Source: Pseudomonadota bacterium
GTDB taxonomy: Bacteria; Pseudomonadota; Gammaproteobacteria; Burkholderiales; JABEVD01
NCBI GenBank assembly: GCA_021806605.1
Contig: JAJZQY010000003.1
Coordinates: 41,412-105,411, forward strand
Direction: 5' to 3'
DNA length: 64,000 nucleotides
In this document: piece after piece, positions 63,553-64,000 of the stretch
How positions within the stretch are numbered: position 1 is the stretch's first letter
Layout: the number at the start of each line of letters is the position of its first letter
Translations under genes and position numbers: made by a program
The notes under the pieces: model-generated
Database searches by the model: none
Seen by the model: only the letters and a program-made list of their open reading frames with translations
Told to the model about the DNA's origin: nothing

Positions 63553-64000
63553 CAGGCCATATTGCTGCGCATCTTCTGTATCGCCTTCTGCTCGATCTGG
63601 CGGATGCGCTCGGCGGAAACGCTGAATTCGGCCGCGAGCTCGTGCAGCGTCGCGGCTTCGCCTTCCTGCAGCCAGCGCGCCTCGATGATCCTGCGGCTGC
63701 GCTCATCCAGGCTGGCGAGCGCCGTGGAAAGCCCTTCTCCCAGCATTTTCTCCTGCTGCTTGGCTTCCAGAACCTGCAGCGGCCCGGCATGTTCGTCCGC
63801 GAGATAGCTGATCGGCGCGAATCCCTCTTCCTCTTCGCCGACGGGTTCCAGCGCGATGTCCCGTCCGCCGAGGCGGGTTTCCATTTCCATCACTTCCTCG
63901 GGCTTGACGTTGAGCGTCTTCGCTATGATGCCGATCTCTTCCCGGTTGAGGGATTCGTGTCCTTCCTTGAGGCTGCGCAAATTGAAGAAAAGCTTGCGCT
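63552..64000 (-). CDS. rpoH: RNA polymerase sigma-32 factor RpoH (N-terminal part beyond window edge)
   Basis: The frame stays open to the window end and reads ...KLFFNLRSLKEGH (the RpoH box Q-R-K-LFFNLR), followed by region 4 (LHELAAEFSVSAERIRQIEQKAIQKMR). Confidence 0.93.
   Translation of the reverse strand, partial: RKLFFNLRSLKEGHESLNREEIGIIAKTLNVKPEEVMEMETRLGGRDIALEPVGEEEEGFAPISYLADEHAGPLQVLEAKQQEKMLGEGLSTALASLDERSRRIIEARWLQEGEAATLHELAAEFSVSAERIRQIEQKAIQKMRSNMA

Noticed and set aside
61802-63790. 662-aa minus-strand ORF spanning the GT-C gene, the methyltransferase and rpoH
   Set aside because: It runs antisense or out of frame through three well-supported genes and has no motifs.

Overview
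A GC-rich, densely coding chromosomal segment from a Gram-negative proteobacterium; gene content and synteny look Beta/Gammaproteobacteria-like. I call about 67 protein genes, one SRP RNA and one tRNA(CAU). There are no rRNA genes, CRISPR arrays, IS elements, transposases or prophage genes. Strong GC3 bias produces many long antisense or out-of-frame ORFs in the track, which I reject. Housekeeping blocks: OmpR/HisKA two-component pair, yegQ, cytochrome bc1 (petABC), purU, acs, class I fumarase, ffs-(pagL-like)-dnaX-ybaB-recR-rluB, mtnA-ygfZ, glucan phosphorylase, peroxiredoxin, amt, OprB porin, rpsU-yqeY-dnaG-rpoD plus tRNA, tsaD, plsY, folB, xerD-ogt, metH, msbA and rpoH (cut by the window end). 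Most interesting parts: (1) a roughly 10-kb translationally coupled operon from msbA through an Arn-like Und-P-sugar relay (ArnC-like GT2, ArnE/F-like small permease, ArnT-like GT-C). It is supplied by WecE/WecD (dTDP-4-acetamido-4,6-dideoxyhexose) and also carries an MBOAT/DltD-like pair and zinc-ribbon methyltransferases. (2) A tandem pair of about 93-nt sibling elements between metH and msbA that look like minus-strand sRNAs with C/U-rich anti-SD motifs. (3) A chemoreceptor with a cytoplasmic PAS domain and a periplasmic CxxCH domain. (4) A ligase / heme-oxygenase-like diiron / SDR cassette. (5) Cyclase-type orphans: a Zn-ribbon class III cyclase with 4 TM helices, a DUF3095 protein and a stand-alone cNMP-binding protein. 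(6) A HigB2/HigA2 module with an antitoxin remnant beside the tRNA.
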